64,000 nucleotides of DNA from an uncultured Gemmatimonadales bacterium (GTDB lineage Bacteria > Gemmatimonadota > Gemmatimonadetes > Gemmatimonadales > GWC2-71-9), in assembly GCA_963828735.1 (NCBI GenBank), contig CAWHFW010000005.1, positions 1,312,001-1,376,000 on the forward strand, written 5' to 3'. Below, in pieces: positions 28,869-39,869 of the stretch (its first letter is position 1; each line of letters begins with the position of its first letter). The notes under the pieces are model-generated. The model saw only the letters and a program-made list of their open reading frames with translations, did no database searches and was not told the DNA's origin. Position numbers and translations under genes: made by a program.

Positions 28869-30950
28869 CTGACCCCAGAGAGCACTCGCACCCTCCCCGC
28901 GCGAGCGGACGGCGCCGGCTCGGCGTCTCCCGACGTGCCGCCGGAAGCCGTGGCGTGGCGAAGCATCAACGCCATTCGCGCACTCTCGATGGACGCGGTC
29001 GAGGCCGCCCAGTCCGGGCATCCTGGCACTCCGATGGCCCTCGCGCCGGCCGCGTACGTCCTGTGGCACCGCTTCCTCAAGCACGATCCCCGGAATCCCG
29101 ACTGGCCCGACCGCGACCGCTTCGTGCTCTCCTGCGGACACGCGTCGATGCTGCTGTACTCCCTGCTGCACCTGTCCGGGTACGACGTCTCGCTGGACGA
29201 CCTGCGGGCCTTCCGGCAGTGGGGCTCACGGACGCCGGGCCATCCCGAGCGCGGCCACACGCCGGGGGTGGAGACCACCACCGGCCCGCTGGGCCAGGGT
29301 GTTGGCAATGCGGTCGGGATGGCGATCGCCGAGCGCCTCCTCGCCGAGCATTTCAACCGGCCGGGACACCGGATCGTCGATCATCGTACCTGGGCGTTCG
29401 TGAGCGACGGGGACCTCATGGAGGGGGTCTCCCACGAGGCCGCCTCGCTCGCGGGACACCTGCGGCTCGGCAAGCTCACGCTGATCTACGACGACAACCA
29501 CATCACCATCGACGGTGACACCGCGCTCTCCTTCAGCGAGGACATCCGGCTCCGGTTCGAGGGATACGGCTGGCATGTGATCCGGGTCGGCGACGGGAAC
29601 GACCTGGCGGCGATCGCCGGGGCCTGCGAGGCCGCGATCGCCGAGCCGACCCGCCCGACCATCGTCATCCTCCGCACCTACATCGCCGATCCGGCCCCGA
29701 CAAAACGGGACACGAGCAAGGCGCACGGCGAGCCGCTCGGCGCGGAGGAAGTGCGCCGGACCAAGGAGATCATGGGGTGGCCCGACGAGCCCCGGTTCTA
29801 CGTGCCCGAGGAGGCCCTCGATCATTGGCGCGAAGCCGTTTCCCGCGGCGCGGCGCTCGAGGCCGAGTGGCGCGCGCGCCTGGCCGCCTACGCGGCCGAC
29901 GACGCCGAGGCCGCGCGCGAGCTGGAGCGATGGCTGTCGGGCGCGCTCCCGGACGGCTGGGACGCCGCGCTGCCCGCCATCGCGCCCGACCAGGGGCCGC
30001 TGGCCACGCGCCAGGCCTCCGGGCTGGCGCTGCAGGCCATCGCGGCCGCGGTGCCCAACCTCGTCGGCGGCTCCGCGGATCTCGGCGGCAGCACGGGGAC
30101 GACGCTCAAGCAGGGCGGCACGTTCGGGCCGGGAAGCACGGGGCGGACCTTCCACTGGGGCGTGCGCGAGCACGGCATGGCTGCGTGCCTGAACGGCATC
30201 GCCGCCCACGGCGGCCTTCGCGGCTTCGGCAGCACGTTCCTCGTGTTTTCCGACTACATGAAACCGGCCATCCGCCTGGCGGCGATCATGCGGCTGCCGG
30301 TCATCTACATCGGCACCCATGATTCGATCGGCGTGGGGGAGGACGGTCCGACGCACCAGCCGATCGAGCACCTGGCCATGCTGCGGGCCATCCCCAACCT
30401 CGTCGTGCTGCGTCCGGCGGATGCCACCGAGACGGTCGAGGCCTGGCGCGTCGCGATGGCGCGGACCGTCGGGCCCACGCTCCTCGTGCTGACGCGGCAG
30501 AAGCTGCCGGTGTTCGATCGCTCGACGCTCGGCGCCTCGGCCGGCACCGCGCACGGCGCTTACGTGCTGCAGGACGCGCCGGGCGGGAACCCGCAGGCCA
30601 TCCTCGTCGCCACGGGCTCCGAGGTCCACGTCGCGCTCGCGGCCGCCAAGCTGCTTCAGGCCGACCGGGTCCGGGTGCGAGTCGTGTCGATGCCGTCCTG
30701 GGAGCTCTTCGCGGCCCAGCCGGAGGCCTATCGAAACGAAGTGCTGCCGCCGGGCGTACGGGTGCGCCTCGGCATCGAGGCGGCCAGCGCCTTCGGATGG
30801 GAGCGGTGGGTCGGGAACGACGGGGCCATGCTCGCCATGGAGGGCTTCGGCGCATCCGCGCCGGGCGACCGGCTGTTCGAGGAGTTCAAGTTCACCCCGG
30901 CGCGCGCCGCGTCGATCGTCCGCCAGCTGCTCGTCCAGAGGACCGCATGA
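28869..30950 (+). CDS. tkt: Transketolase
   Basis: [47 protein letters not shown]; start is CTG 28869 (after AAGGAG) or GTG 28935. Confidence 0.95.
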   Translation: MTPESTRTLPARADGAGSASPDVPPEAVAWRSINAIRALSMDAVEAAQSGHPGTPMALAPAAYVLWHRFLKHDPRNPDWPDRDRFVLSCGHASMLLYSLLHLSGYDVSLDDLRAFRQWGSRTPGHPERGHTPGVETTTGPLGQGVGNAVGMAIAERLLAEHFNRPGHRIVDHRTWAFVSDGDLMEGVSHEAASLAGHLRLGKLTLIYDDNHITIDGDTALSFSEDIRLRFEGYGWHVIRVGDGNDLAAIAGACEAAIAEPTRPTIVILRTYIADPAPTKRDTSKAHGEPLGAEEVRRTKEIMGWPDEPRFYVPEEALDHWREAVSRGAALEAEWRARLAAYAADDAEAARELERWLSGALPDGWDAALPAIAPDQGPLATRQASGLALQAIAAAVPNLVGGSADLGGSTGTTLKQGGTFGPGSTGRTFHWGVREHGMAACLNGIAAHGGLRGFGSTFLVFSDYMKPAIRLAAIMRLPVIYIGTHDSIGVGEDGPTHQPIEHLAMLRAIPNLVVLRPADATETVEAWRVAMARTVGPTLLVLTRQKLPVFDRSTLGASAGTAHGAYVLQDAPGGNPQAILVATGSEVHVALAAAKLLQADRVRVRVVSMPSWELFAAQPEAYRNEVLPPGVRVRLGIEAASAFGWERWVGNDGAMLAMEGFGASAPGDRLFEEFKFTPARAASIVRQLLVQRTA

Positions 30951-32056
30951 CCGCTACCAATCCGCTCGTCCGCCTCGGGGAGCTCGGCCAGAGCCCGTGG
31001 TACGACTACATCACCCGCGACCTCGTGACCTCCGGCGAGCTCGCGCGCCTCATCGCCGAGGACGGCCTACGTGGCATGACATCCAATCCGACGATCTTCG
31101 AGAAGGCGATCGCCGGCAGCCGGCTGTACGATGACGAGATCCGCGCCGAGGCGGACGCGGGCCGGAGTCCCCAGGAGATCTTCGAGCGCCTCGCCGTGGC
31201 CGACGTGCGCGCGGCGTGCGACGCGTTCGCGCCGGTCTACCAGGCGAGCGCCGGCGGTGATGGGCTGGTCTCGCTCGAGGTGGCTCCGACCCTTGCCAAC
31301 GATACCGCGGCCACGACTCACGAGGCCGAGCGGCTGTGGCGCGCGCTCGACCGGCCCAACGCCATGATCAAGATTCCCGGCACGCCAGAGGGGCTGCCGG
31401 CGATCACGGACTGCATCGCCGCCGGCGTCAGCGTCAACGTGACGCTGCTCTTCTCGATCGAGCGCTACGGCGAGGTCATCGAGGCGTTCCTCGCGGGCCT
31501 CGAGCGGCGGCTCGAGGCGGGGCTGCCGCTCCGCCCGATCACATCCGTCGCGAGCTTCTTCGTGAGCCGGGTGGACGGCAAGGTGGACCCGCTCCTCGAC
31601 GGGCTGGGCGATCCGGCGAAGCTCCGCGGGCGCATCGCCATCGCGAACGCCTGCGCGGCCTACCGCCTGTTCGAATGGTCGCTGGGCACCCCGCGCTGGG
31701 ACCGGCTGGCCAAGGCCGGCGCCCGCCCGCAACGGCCGCTCTGGGCGTCCACCAGTACCAAGGACCCCCGGTATCCCGACGTGCACTACGTCGAGCCGCT
31801 GGTGGCGCCGCGGACGGTGAACACGCTGCCGCCCGAGACGTTCGCCGCCTATCGCGACCACGGGCGGCCGGCCGTGCGGATCCACGAAGGGATGGCCGAG
31901 GCGCCGAGCCAGCTCACGGCGCTGGCGGACCTGGGCATCGACCTTTCAGCCATCACCGGCGAGCTGGAGCGCGACGGCGTGAGCAAGTTCGCCGCGTCCT
32001 ACGCGTCGCTGCTCGCGGGCATCGAGGCCAAGGCCGGCGCGCTGGTCGGCCGCTGA
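30947..32056 (+). CDS. tal: Transaldolase
   Basis: [51 protein letters not shown] overlap with tkt. Confidence 0.95.
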   Translation: MTATNPLVRLGELGQSPWYDYITRDLVTSGELARLIAEDGLRGMTSNPTIFEKAIAGSRLYDDEIRAEADAGRSPQEIFERLAVADVRAACDAFAPVYQASAGGDGLVSLEVAPTLANDTAATTHEAERLWRALDRPNAMIKIPGTPEGLPAITDCIAAGVSVNVTLLFSIERYGEVIEAFLAGLERRLEAGLPLRPITSVASFFVSRVDGKVDPLLDGLGDPAKLRGRIAIANACAAYRLFEWSLGTPRWDRLAKAGARPQRPLWASTSTKDPRYPDVHYVEPLVAPRTVNTLPPETFAAYRDHGRPAVRIHEGMAEAPSQLTALADLGIDLSAITGELERDGVSKFAASYASLLAGIEAKAGALVGR

Positions 32057-33332
32057 TGCTGCGCACGCTCCGGAGTCTCTCGCTCACCTGGTGGATCTTC
32101 ATCGGGATGGGCCTCGGGATCCTGCTAGGCTGGCTGGCGCCCGACGTCGGTGCGGCGCTGAAGCCGCTCTCGACCACCTTTCTCCGCATGATCAAGTCGG
32201 TCGTCGTGCCGATCATCTTCGGCACGCTGGTGGTCGGCATCGCCGGCCACGGCGACGACCTCAAGCGCATCGGGCGGCTGGCGGTCAAATCGATCGGCTA
32301 CTTCTGGCTGATGACGACGGTCGCCCTGGCCGTCGGGCTCATCGCGGTCAACATCACCCGTCCGGGCGTCGGGGTGATCCTGCCGGCGCCCGACCCCAAC
32401 GCGCCGATCCCGAAGGCCGCGCCCACGACGTTCGGCGGGTTCCTGGAGCACGTGGTGCCCCAGAGCTTCTTCGAGGCCGCGGTGCACAACGAGGTCCTGC
32501 AGGTCGTCTTCTGGGCCACCTTGTTCGCCATCGCTCTGACGCAGGTCCGGGGCGGCCCAAGGAAGCGCTGCTCGGGTTCTGCGAAGGGCTGATGGAGGTG
32601 ATGTTCAAGTTCGTCGGCATGGTGATGAAGTTCGCACCGATCGGCATCGGTGCGGCGATGGCGGTGACCGTCAGCCACAGCGGCATCCAGGTCCTCCGGA
32701 ACCTCGGCCTGCTCGTGGCCACCCTCTACGGGGCGCTGATCGTGTTCGCGCTGGTGGCCATGGTGCCGGCCGCGCTCATCGCGCGCATTCCGATCCGCCC
32801 GTTCATCCGCGCGGTCAAGGATCCGGCGATCATCGCGTTCACCACGACCTCGTCCGATGCCGCCCTCCCGCTGGCCATGCAGCGGATGACGGAGTTCGGC
32901 GTGCCCCGGAGCATCGTCGCGTTCGTCATGCCGACGGGCTACTCCTTCAACCTCGACGGCTCGACGCTGTACCTGGGCGTCGCCTCGATGTTCGTGGCCC
33001 AGGCGGCGGGCGTCGAGATGACCGTGGGCCAGCAGTTGGTCATGATGCTGACGCTGCTGATCACGAGCAAAGGCATCGCCGCCGTCCCGCGCGCGTCGCT
33101 GGTCGTGCTCTCCGGCACCCTCACCGCGTTCGGGCTCCCGCTCGAGGGCGTGGCCGTGATCCTGGGCGTGGACGAGCTGATGGACATGGCGCGAACGATG
33201 GTGAACCTGGTCGGCAACTGCCTCGCAACCGCCGTGATGGCCCGCTGGGAGGGAGAGCTCGTGACGGAGCCTTCCATCGCGCCGGCCGTCGGGGCCGGAG
33301 CCCCGGCCGTGGCGGTGCGATCCGACGCGTAG
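32056..33332 (+). CDS. Dicarboxylate/amino acid:cation symporter (DAACS), frameshifted near 32555
   Basis: FLRMIKSVVVP in the first frame (stop 32592); FTTTSSDAALP, GYSFNLDGS and DMARTMVNLVGN in the second frame. Confidence 0.88.
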
Positions 33333-33354
33333 GAAACCCTCTCCCCCACACCCC

Positions 33355-35190
33355 ATGACGCTCCGCCGTTCCCTGCGCCATCTCGCCCTCGTCGCGCTCG
33401 CGCTCCCCATGACGGGGCGGGCCCACGCGCAGCAGACGCCTGCCGCGCCCGTCTCGGCCCCGCTCGGCAACATTCGCTACGAGATCACCTTCGATACGCT
33501 CACCGCCCAGAGCCGCCGGCTTCAGGTCGCGATGAACTTCGATGTGACCGGCCCGGGGCCCGTACTGCTCTCCATCCCGGCATGGACGCCCGGCGCCTAC
33601 GAGCTGACCTTCTTCGCGCGCTGGGTGTCGGACTTCACGCCCATGGCGGGCGAGAGGCCGCTGGTCTGGGACAAGCTGGACTACGACACGTGGCGCGTGA
33701 ATCCCGCCGGGGCCAAGTCGGTGACCGTCCGGTTCAACTACCTGGCCGACACGCTCGACAACGCCATGGCCTGGGCCAAGCCGGACTTCGTGCTGTTCAA
33801 TGGCACAAACGTGCTGCCGTACCCCGAAGGCCGCGGCACCGATTTCCCGGCCACGGTCACCATCAAGACCGAGCCGTCCTGGCGGGTCGTGACCGGTATG
33901 CAGTCGCTGCCGCAGCAGCGGTGGACGTACCGCGAGGCGAATTATCACGACCTGGTGGACAAACCGTTCTTCGTGGGCAGGATGGATCTCGACAGCACGC
34001 AGGTGGCCGGAGCATGGATCCGACTGGCCACCTATCCCGCCGGCGCCATGGCCGGGTCCGCCCGCACGGAGACGCTGGACGAGATCGCGAAGATGATTCC
34101 GCCGGAGACGGCGATCTTCGGCGAGACGCCGTGGCCCCACTACAGCGTCATGATGATCTTCGACTCGGCATACGGCGGCGGCAGCGCGCTGGAGCACACC
34201 AATTCGCACGTCGGGATCTACAGCCCGGGCTTCATCGGCAATCCGGTGCTCGCCTCCATCACCGCCCACGAGATCTTCCACGCCTGGAACGTGAAGCGGC
34301 TCCGTCCGGCCGACATGGTGCCGTACCGCTACGACCGGAGCGAACCCACGGTCTGGCTCTGGGTGAGCGAGGGGATCACGGACTATTACGCCGACCTCGC
34401 CATCCTGCGCGGCGGTATCGTCAGCGAGCAGCAGTTCCTGGCCGCGACGGCTGACAAGATCGCGAAGGTGGCGGCCGCGCCCCCCACGTCCCTCGAGGAC
34501 GCCTCGCTGACCACCTGGATCCATCCGACCGACGGCAGTGAATACCTCTACTATCCCAAGGGGTCGCTGGCCGGCTTCGCGCTCGACGTCATGATCCGCG
34601 ACGCCAGCGACAACAAGCGGGGCCTGGACGATGTCATGCGGGATCTCTACCGAACGACGTACAAGACCGGCAAAGGCTTCACCGGAGCCGATTGGTGGGC
34701 CGCCGTGTCGAAGGCGGCGGGCGGGAAGAGCTTCACCGATTTCGCGGCCAGATACGTGGATGGTCGCGAGCAGTACCCATGGGCGCAGGTGCTTCCCCTC
34801 GCCGGCCTCAAGGTCGTGAGCGACACGATTCGCGAGGCAAGACTCGGCATCTCCGCGGGGCAGGACTCGTCGGGCGCGGTGGTGGTTCGCGACGTGCTGC
34901 CCGGAGGAGCCGCCGAGGACGCCGGCCTCAAGGCAGGCGACGTCCTGCTGTCGCTCGGCGACATCGCGATTACCGACCCCGATTTCGGATCCAAGTTCCG
35001 GGCGCGATTCGGGAAGGAAGAGGGCCAACCGCTGCCCATCCAGGTGCGGCGCGATGGCGAGGTCATGACGCTCACCGGCAAGGTCCGCCTCGTGGCGAGG
35101 GTCGAAAGCGGGCTTGCCGTCGACGAAGCAGCTCCCCCCAAGGCGGTGCGCGTGCGGCAGGGGATCTTCAAAGGCGTGACGGGCAACTAG
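33355..35190 (+). CDS. Secreted M61 family metallopeptidase with PDZ domain
   Basis: Signal peptide; PAWTPGAY, ALEH, AHEIFHAWN, WVSEGITDYY, YYPKG; PDZ GGAAEDAGLKAGD. Confidence 0.92.
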   Translation: MTLRRSLRHLALVALALPMTGRAHAQQTPAAPVSAPLGNIRYEITFDTLTAQSRRLQVAMNFDVTGPGPVLLSIPAWTPGAYELTFFARWVSDFTPMAGERPLVWDKLDYDTWRVNPAGAKSVTVRFNYLADTLDNAMAWAKPDFVLFNGTNVLPYPEGRGTDFPATVTIKTEPSWRVVTGMQSLPQQRWTYREANYHDLVDKPFFVGRMDLDSTQVAGAWIRLATYPAGAMAGSARTETLDEIAKMIPPETAIFGETPWPHYSVMMIFDSAYGGGSALEHTNSHVGIYSPGFIGNPVLASITAHEIFHAWNVKRLRPADMVPYRYDRSEPTVWLWVSEGITDYYADLAILRGGIVSEQQFLAATADKIAKVAAAPPTSLEDASLTTWIHPTDGSEYLYYPKGSLAGFALDVMIRDASDNKRGLDDVMRDLYRTTYKTGKGFTGADWWAAVSKAAGGKSFTDFAARYVDGREQYPWAQVLPLAGLKVVSDTIREARLGISAGQDSSGAVVVRDVLPGGAAEDAGLKAGDVLLSLGDIAITDPDFGSKFRARFGKEEGQPLPIQVRRDGEVMTLTGKVRLVARVESGLAVDEAAPPKAVRVRQGIFKGVTGN

Positions 35191-35200
35191 GGGGTCGGAC

Positions 35201-35809
35201 CTACTTCTTCCTCACGATTTCGTAGATCGGCACCGCCGGCGTGAGCGTCTGCCCATGCGCCGGCGATGCGTTGATCCGGCCGACCACGTCCATCCCCAAC
35301 TCCACCCGTCCGAACGCGGCGAACCCCTGGCCATCGGGATTCCGCTTCCCGCCGAAGTCGAGCGACGGCTGATCCCCGATGCAGATGAAGAATTCGGAGG
35401 TGGCCGTGTCGGGGCCATCTCGCGCCATGGAGATCGTCCCGTCCTTGTGCCGGAGGCCGGTGACGCTGGTGCGCTCCAGCTTGATCGGAGGAAAGTCCTT
35501 GACGCGGAGCGAGTCGAGCCCTCCCTGGACAACGGCGATCTTGACCTTGCTCCCGGGCTGGTTGTCAGCCCGAACGGTCCGGTGAAATTGGCCGAACCGA
35601 TAGAAGCCCAGGTCGACGTACCGGAGGAAGTTGGCCGAGGTGATCGGCGCGCGGATCGTGTCGATCTCCACCTCGATGTCGCCGCGGGCGGTCCTGATGA
35701 TCACCCTCGGCAGGACCTGCGCCATGACCGGCCCCGGCGCCACGACCTGCGCGACCAGCAAGGCCAGCAAGATGGTTGGGAGGCCGAAACAGGCGGAGCG
35801 TCGACGCAT
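35201..35809 (-). CDS. Exported cyclophilin-type peptidyl-prolyl isomerase
   Basis: APITSANFLRYV, FHR, ISMARDGPDTATSEFFI, FAAFGRV. Confidence 0.92.
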   Translation of the reverse strand: MRRRSACFGLPTILLALLVAQVVAPGPVMAQVLPRVIIRTARGDIEVEIDTIRAPITSANFLRYVDLGFYRFGQFHRTVRADNQPGSKVKIAVVQGGLDSLRVKDFPPIKLERTSVTGLRHKDGTISMARDGPDTATSEFFICIGDQPSLDFGGKRNPDGQGFAAFGRVELGMDVVGRINASPAHGQTLTPAVPIYEIVRKK

Positions 35810-35847
35810 GATCGAGGTTCTCCGATGGCGTGGCGGACAACCCGATC

Positions 35848-36780
35848 CTAACGCGCGCCGAACAGCTTGGCCAGATCGGCCGCGCCAAACGGTTCGGCGC
35901 GTTCCAGCAATCCGGTGAGGGCCGCCGCGCGGCCGAGCACCTCCGCGGGCGGCACACCGGACGCACGCAGCTCGCGGATGCCGCTATCGCGTGCGGCCTT
36001 GCTGAGCTTCTGGCCGCCCGCCTTCCGGATCAGCGGATGGTGCACGAATACCGGCGGAGCAGGACGTCCGAGGAGCCGCCCGAGCAGGAGCTGACGGCCG
36101 GTGGATTCCAGCAGATCCTCCCCCCGGATCACCAGGTCGACGCCGTGGCGCAGGTCGTCCGCGACCACCGCGAACTGGTAGGTCCACTGGCCGAGGCGGT
36201 CACGCAGCAGCAGATCCCCGCACTGCGCCGAGGGGTCCTGTGATTGAGGGCCCGCGCGCGCGTCCACGAAGCGCTCGACACCTGGATTCACCAGAAGGCG
36301 AACACCCACGCCGGGCGCGTTCCCAAGCCCACGCATACGACACCGTCCGGGATACCTGGTCTCCTCGTTGAACACGTCGCCATCGGCGATCGCGAGGTCC
36401 TTGCGGGAGCAGTCGCAGCCGAACAGCGTCGCGTGGCGCCCGAGCGTCGCGAGCGCGGCCTCGTAGGCCGCGCCGGAATCACTCTGCCGATAGGACGAAG
36501 GTCCCGCCCGCAGCTCACTGGGGGTGCCGAAGTCCGGGTCGAGCCCGAGCCACTCGAGATCCTCCAGCAACGCGGTCTCGTAGACCGGCCGGCACCTGCC
36601 GCGGTCGTGATCCTCGAGCCTGAGCAGCACACTCCCGCCAAGAGCCCGCGCCAGACCCCAGACCCATACGGCACTGGCCACGTGGCCCAGATGGAGGTAG
36701 CCGGTCGGGCTCGGCGCGTAGCGGGTGAGCGGCTTCGCCGGCAGGCGAGCCGCGAGCTCAGTGAGGTCGACGGCAGTCAC
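35848..36780 (-). CDS. gluQ: Glutamyl-Q tRNA(Asp) synthetase
   Basis: RYAPSPTGYLHLGH, CDCSRK, YPGRCR, IRGEDL, KLSK; 310 aa with no anticodon-binding domain. Confidence 0.85.
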   Translation of the reverse strand: MTAVDLTELAARLPAKPLTRYAPSPTGYLHLGHVASAVWVWGLARALGGSVLLRLEDHDRGRCRPVYETALLEDLEWLGLDPDFGTPSELRAGPSSYRQSDSGAAYEAALATLGRHATLFGCDCSRKDLAIADGDVFNEETRYPGRCRMRGLGNAPGVGVRLLVNPGVERFVDARAGPQSQDPSAQCGDLLLRDRLGQWTYQFAVVADDLRHGVDLVIRGEDLLESTGRQLLLGRLLGRPAPPVFVHHPLIRKAGGQKLSKAARDSGIRELRASGVPPAEVLGRAAALTGLLERAEPFGAADLAKLFGAR

Positions 36781-36844
36781 GCGGGAAAGATCGCCGCGTC
36801 GCCGGGCCTTGCGCGATCCCGGCTCGCGGCCAACATATCCACGC

Positions 36845-37639
36845 GTGATCCGCGAAGTCGTCGTTCACTCCCTGGGCGACCTGATCGCCCAGACCACCCC
36901 ACTCGAGCCCGATCCGGCCATCGGGCGCCGGCGGAGCGCCGGCGTGTTTCGCGGCGCGGCGGACGCGGCCTGGCCGTTGCTCACCAGCCTCGACATGCTC
37001 GGCGGCGTACGCCCGCCACATACCAAGGCCGATCTCGAGGAGTACATCCTCCGAAGCTTCATCCGGTACTCCCGGCCCTACTTCCACTCGCCGCCGGTGA
37101 ACGAGTGGGAGGTCCTGGTGGCGGCGCAGCATCACGGGCTGCCCACCCGGCTGCTGGACTGGACGTACTCTCCCCTCGTGGCCGCGCATTTCGCGACCGT
37201 CGAATTGCGGGTCACCACTGATCGAGCGGTGTGGCGGCTCGACTGGAAGGCCGTGCACCGGCGCTTCCAGCTGCCGGACCTGGCGCTACTCATCCAGGAC
37301 CTGGAGGGAATGTTCGGAAGTGATCGCCGGCCCACGCCCGCCGCCCTGTTCGCGATGCCGGCGGAGGCGCGCCCGTTCGCCTGCCTGCTGGAGCCGCCGT
37401 CGCTCGACGTGCGGATCGTGGCCCAGTCCGCCGCCTTCACGCTCTGCTCGGACAAGCGGCAGTCGTTCGACCGGTTCCTGGAGCAGCACGGCCTGGGCGA
37501 GTCGCTCACGAAGATCGTGATCCCCGCGGCGGAATGCGGCACGATCCGGGATCAGCTCGACCTCGTGAGCGTGGACGAGCGACGCCTGTTCCCTGACCTC
37601 GACGGCGTGGCCGCGCACCTCAGTCGATACTACTCCTGA
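36845..37639 (+). CDS. FRG domain protein
   Basis: VFRG, AQHHGLPTRLLDWTYSPLVAAHFA, RIVAQSAAFT, LFPDLDG. Confidence 0.9.
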   Translation: MIREVVVHSLGDLIAQTTPLEPDPAIGRRRSAGVFRGAADAAWPLLTSLDMLGGVRPPHTKADLEEYILRSFIRYSRPYFHSPPVNEWEVLVAAQHHGLPTRLLDWTYSPLVAAHFATVELRVTTDRAVWRLDWKAVHRRFQLPDLALLIQDLEGMFGSDRRPTPAALFAMPAEARPFACLLEPPSLDVRIVAQSAAFTLCSDKRQSFDRFLEQHGLGESLTKIVIPAAECGTIRDQLDLVSVDERRLFPDLDGVAAHLSRYYS

Positions 37640-37647
37640 AGCGCCGG

Positions 37648-39213
37648 TCAGGACGATGGTCGGGGCTCCCGGCCGAGCCAGGCCTGGCGAAGCAGGCGCT
37701 GCTCGTCGGTGGGGTTGGGATCCAGCTCGAAGCGGACCGGCTGACCTTTCCCGTCCTCGACGAGCGTGATCCCGAGCTTCGCGTAGTACTCCTTGATCGG
37801 CAGGTGCTGCGAATCCCAGACGTAGCGGTCGAAGAAGTCGCGGATTTCCGGAGAGGTCATGGCCACCAGCGTGTCCACGAAGGTCGAGTCGGGAAAGGCG
37901 CGGTGCTTGCCGAATCGGTGAGAGAGATCGATGATCAGGTCCTGCAGGCCCCGCTCGCCGTGTGAGAGCTCGAGCAGCCTGATGTCGAGCAGGCCCGCGG
38001 TGAGCGCGCCGCGCATGTAGATGTTCCCGTACTGCGCCTGACCGGAGTCGCTGTAGGAGGTCAGCGCCAGCTCGCGCAGGCTGTAGGTGCTGTCGTACGC
38101 CTGCCGGTCGATTTTCATCTTCGTGATCAGCGTCGCCAGATACGCCTGGGGCGTCTTGAGGCCGGCCCGGAGCTGCATCGCATGCGCCGCCCATTCCGTG
38201 GTCCCCTCGTAGAGCCACAGGTGCTGCGAGGGGACCGGCGTGACGAAATTGAAGTGCTCGATGATCTCGCTGTGGATGTTGAGCGGCGTCACCACGTGGA
38301 AGAATTCGTGCGCGGCGATGTCGGTCACCCGCTTGCCCACCGAGTCGGTGTATTCACCGTCCTGCAGTACGTACTCCGAGCTGTACGAGTGCTCCCACGC
38401 GCCGGCCGAGGCGTCGCCGAAATGGTAGAGGAAGGTGTACCGGTCGACCGGCAGCTTGCCGAGAAACTTGCCCGCAGCGTTGAGCATGCCGGTCATGGCG
38501 GTGAGCAGCTGGGTCGCCGTGATCTTGTCGCTCTCCGAATACGCGTACACGTCGACCGGGACGCCGGTCACGACCAACCGGGCGCGAGTCAGCCGGCCGA
38601 GCAGAATCGGCGAGTCTACCAACTGATCGTAGCTGCCCGCGACGTAGACGCCGTCGGGTCCCCGGTGGAGCGCCGTACCCACCTTCCAGGCCGCGGGGTA
38701 GGCGAGCCGCAGGCGAACCGGCGTGGCCTGCAGGCCCGCCGGATAGCCGAGCACCGCGTGCGGGTTGATGAGGACGTTGTCTGCCTCGATCGAGGTGCCG
38801 CACATCTTGTAGATCGGGTGGTCCAGCGGGCTGTCCCAGGTCTCGGTGATGGCATAGCGGATGGTCCGCACCTTGCTCGGGTCGGCGAGCTTCCACTGGT
38901 TGACGGAGACCTGCTGCACCGCCACGCTCCGCCCCTTGGCGTCGAAGGCCTGGAACGCTTTCACGTACCGGCCGATGTTCATGACCTGGTAGGTGCCGGG
39001 CGCCGTGGCAGCGAACTGGTAGATGGCGTTTTCCGGGCCGAGACCGCTGACCGTGAGCGTAACGTGGAAGAGGTCGTCGGCCCGCCGGTTCAGATCGATG
39101 CTGTAGGCCAGCGTCGGCGCCGTCGGCCGCAGGCTGGTATCGGCCCGGGTGGCCGCCAGGGGGACGATCGGAAGCGCGAATGCTAGCAGGAAACGGTTGA
39201 CCAAGGCCTTCAT
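37648..39213 (-). CDS. Secreted M61-like metallopeptidase without PDZ
   Basis: TAPGTY, AWEH, AHEFFH, WLYEGTTEW, IYMRG. Confidence 0.88.
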   Translation of the reverse strand: MKALVNRFLLAFALPIVPLAATRADTSLRPTAPTLAYSIDLNRRADDLFHVTLTVSGLGPENAIYQFAATAPGTYQVMNIGRYVKAFQAFDAKGRSVAVQQVSVNQWKLADPSKVRTIRYAITETWDSPLDHPIYKMCGTSIEADNVLINPHAVLGYPAGLQATPVRLRLAYPAAWKVGTALHRGPDGVYVAGSYDQLVDSPILLGRLTRARLVVTGVPVDVYAYSESDKITATQLLTAMTGMLNAAGKFLGKLPVDRYTFLYHFGDASAGAWEHSYSSEYVLQDGEYTDSVGKRVTDIAAHEFFHVVTPLNIHSEIIEHFNFVTPVPSQHLWLYEGTTEWAAHAMQLRAGLKTPQAYLATLITKMKIDRQAYDSTYSLRELALTSYSDSGQAQYGNIYMRGALTAGLLDIRLLELSHGERGLQDLIIDLSHRFGKHRAFPDSTFVDTLVAMTSPEIRDFFDRYVWDSQHLPIKEYYAKLGITLVEDGKGQPVRFELDPNPTDEQRLLRQAWLGREPRPSS

Positions 39214-39371
39214 GGCGCGTCCCGGGAGTGGAAGTCGATGGCTGACGCGGCGATGAGTATTGACGACGTCCGTCCCCTGGTGGTTTCAGCCCTTTATCCA
39301 CATCCTTCGATGGAACGTGATCCAGCGCACCGCACTACCGGGCTCCGTGGTGGCTAGTTGCCGGGTAGGAC

Positions 39372-39866
39372 ATGCGCTTACACCAAGCCACCCCTGCGAT
39401 TGATAGGCTGTGCCCCGTGACCTATGATCCCGAGTCCGTTTCCCCGTTCATCGGCCGAAGCATCCTCGTGGTTGACGACGTCGGGATCGTCAGGCGGACG
39501 CTGTTCAGGTTTCTGTCCGAGGCCGGTGCTCGCGTCTTCGAGGCCGCGTCGGTCGGCGAGGCGTTGGAGGTCCTGTCCACCGCCCGTCCGCCGCTGAACC
39601 TGGTCATTACCGATGTCGTGATGCCGGAGGTCAACGGCGTGGACCTGATCCACGTCCTCCGGGAGCAGTGGCCGAAGACCCGCGTGCTCTTCATGTCGGC
39701 CTTTCCGGCCGAGGTTCTGGTGCGGGAGGGTCTGGACAATCCCGACGTGATGTTTCTGGCGAAGCCGTTCACGCGGGACGAGCTGCTGACGAAGGTCGCT
39801 GCCGCGCTCCATGGCCGCCCCGCGCGCGACGGCGAAGAATCGAAGCCCCGCCGCCCTACCTCGTAA
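39372..39866 (+). CDS. Single-domain response regulator
   Basis: ILVVDD, LVITDVVMP, FMSA, LAKPF; may start at GTG 39417. Confidence 0.88.
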   Translation: MRLHQATPAIDRLCPVTYDPESVSPFIGRSILVVDDVGIVRRTLFRFLSEAGARVFEAASVGEALEVLSTARPPLNLVITDVVMPEVNGVDLIHVLREQWPKTRVLFMSAFPAEVLVREGLDNPDVMFLAKPFTRDELLTKVAAALHGRPARDGEESKPRRPTS

Positions 39867-39869
39867 CGC

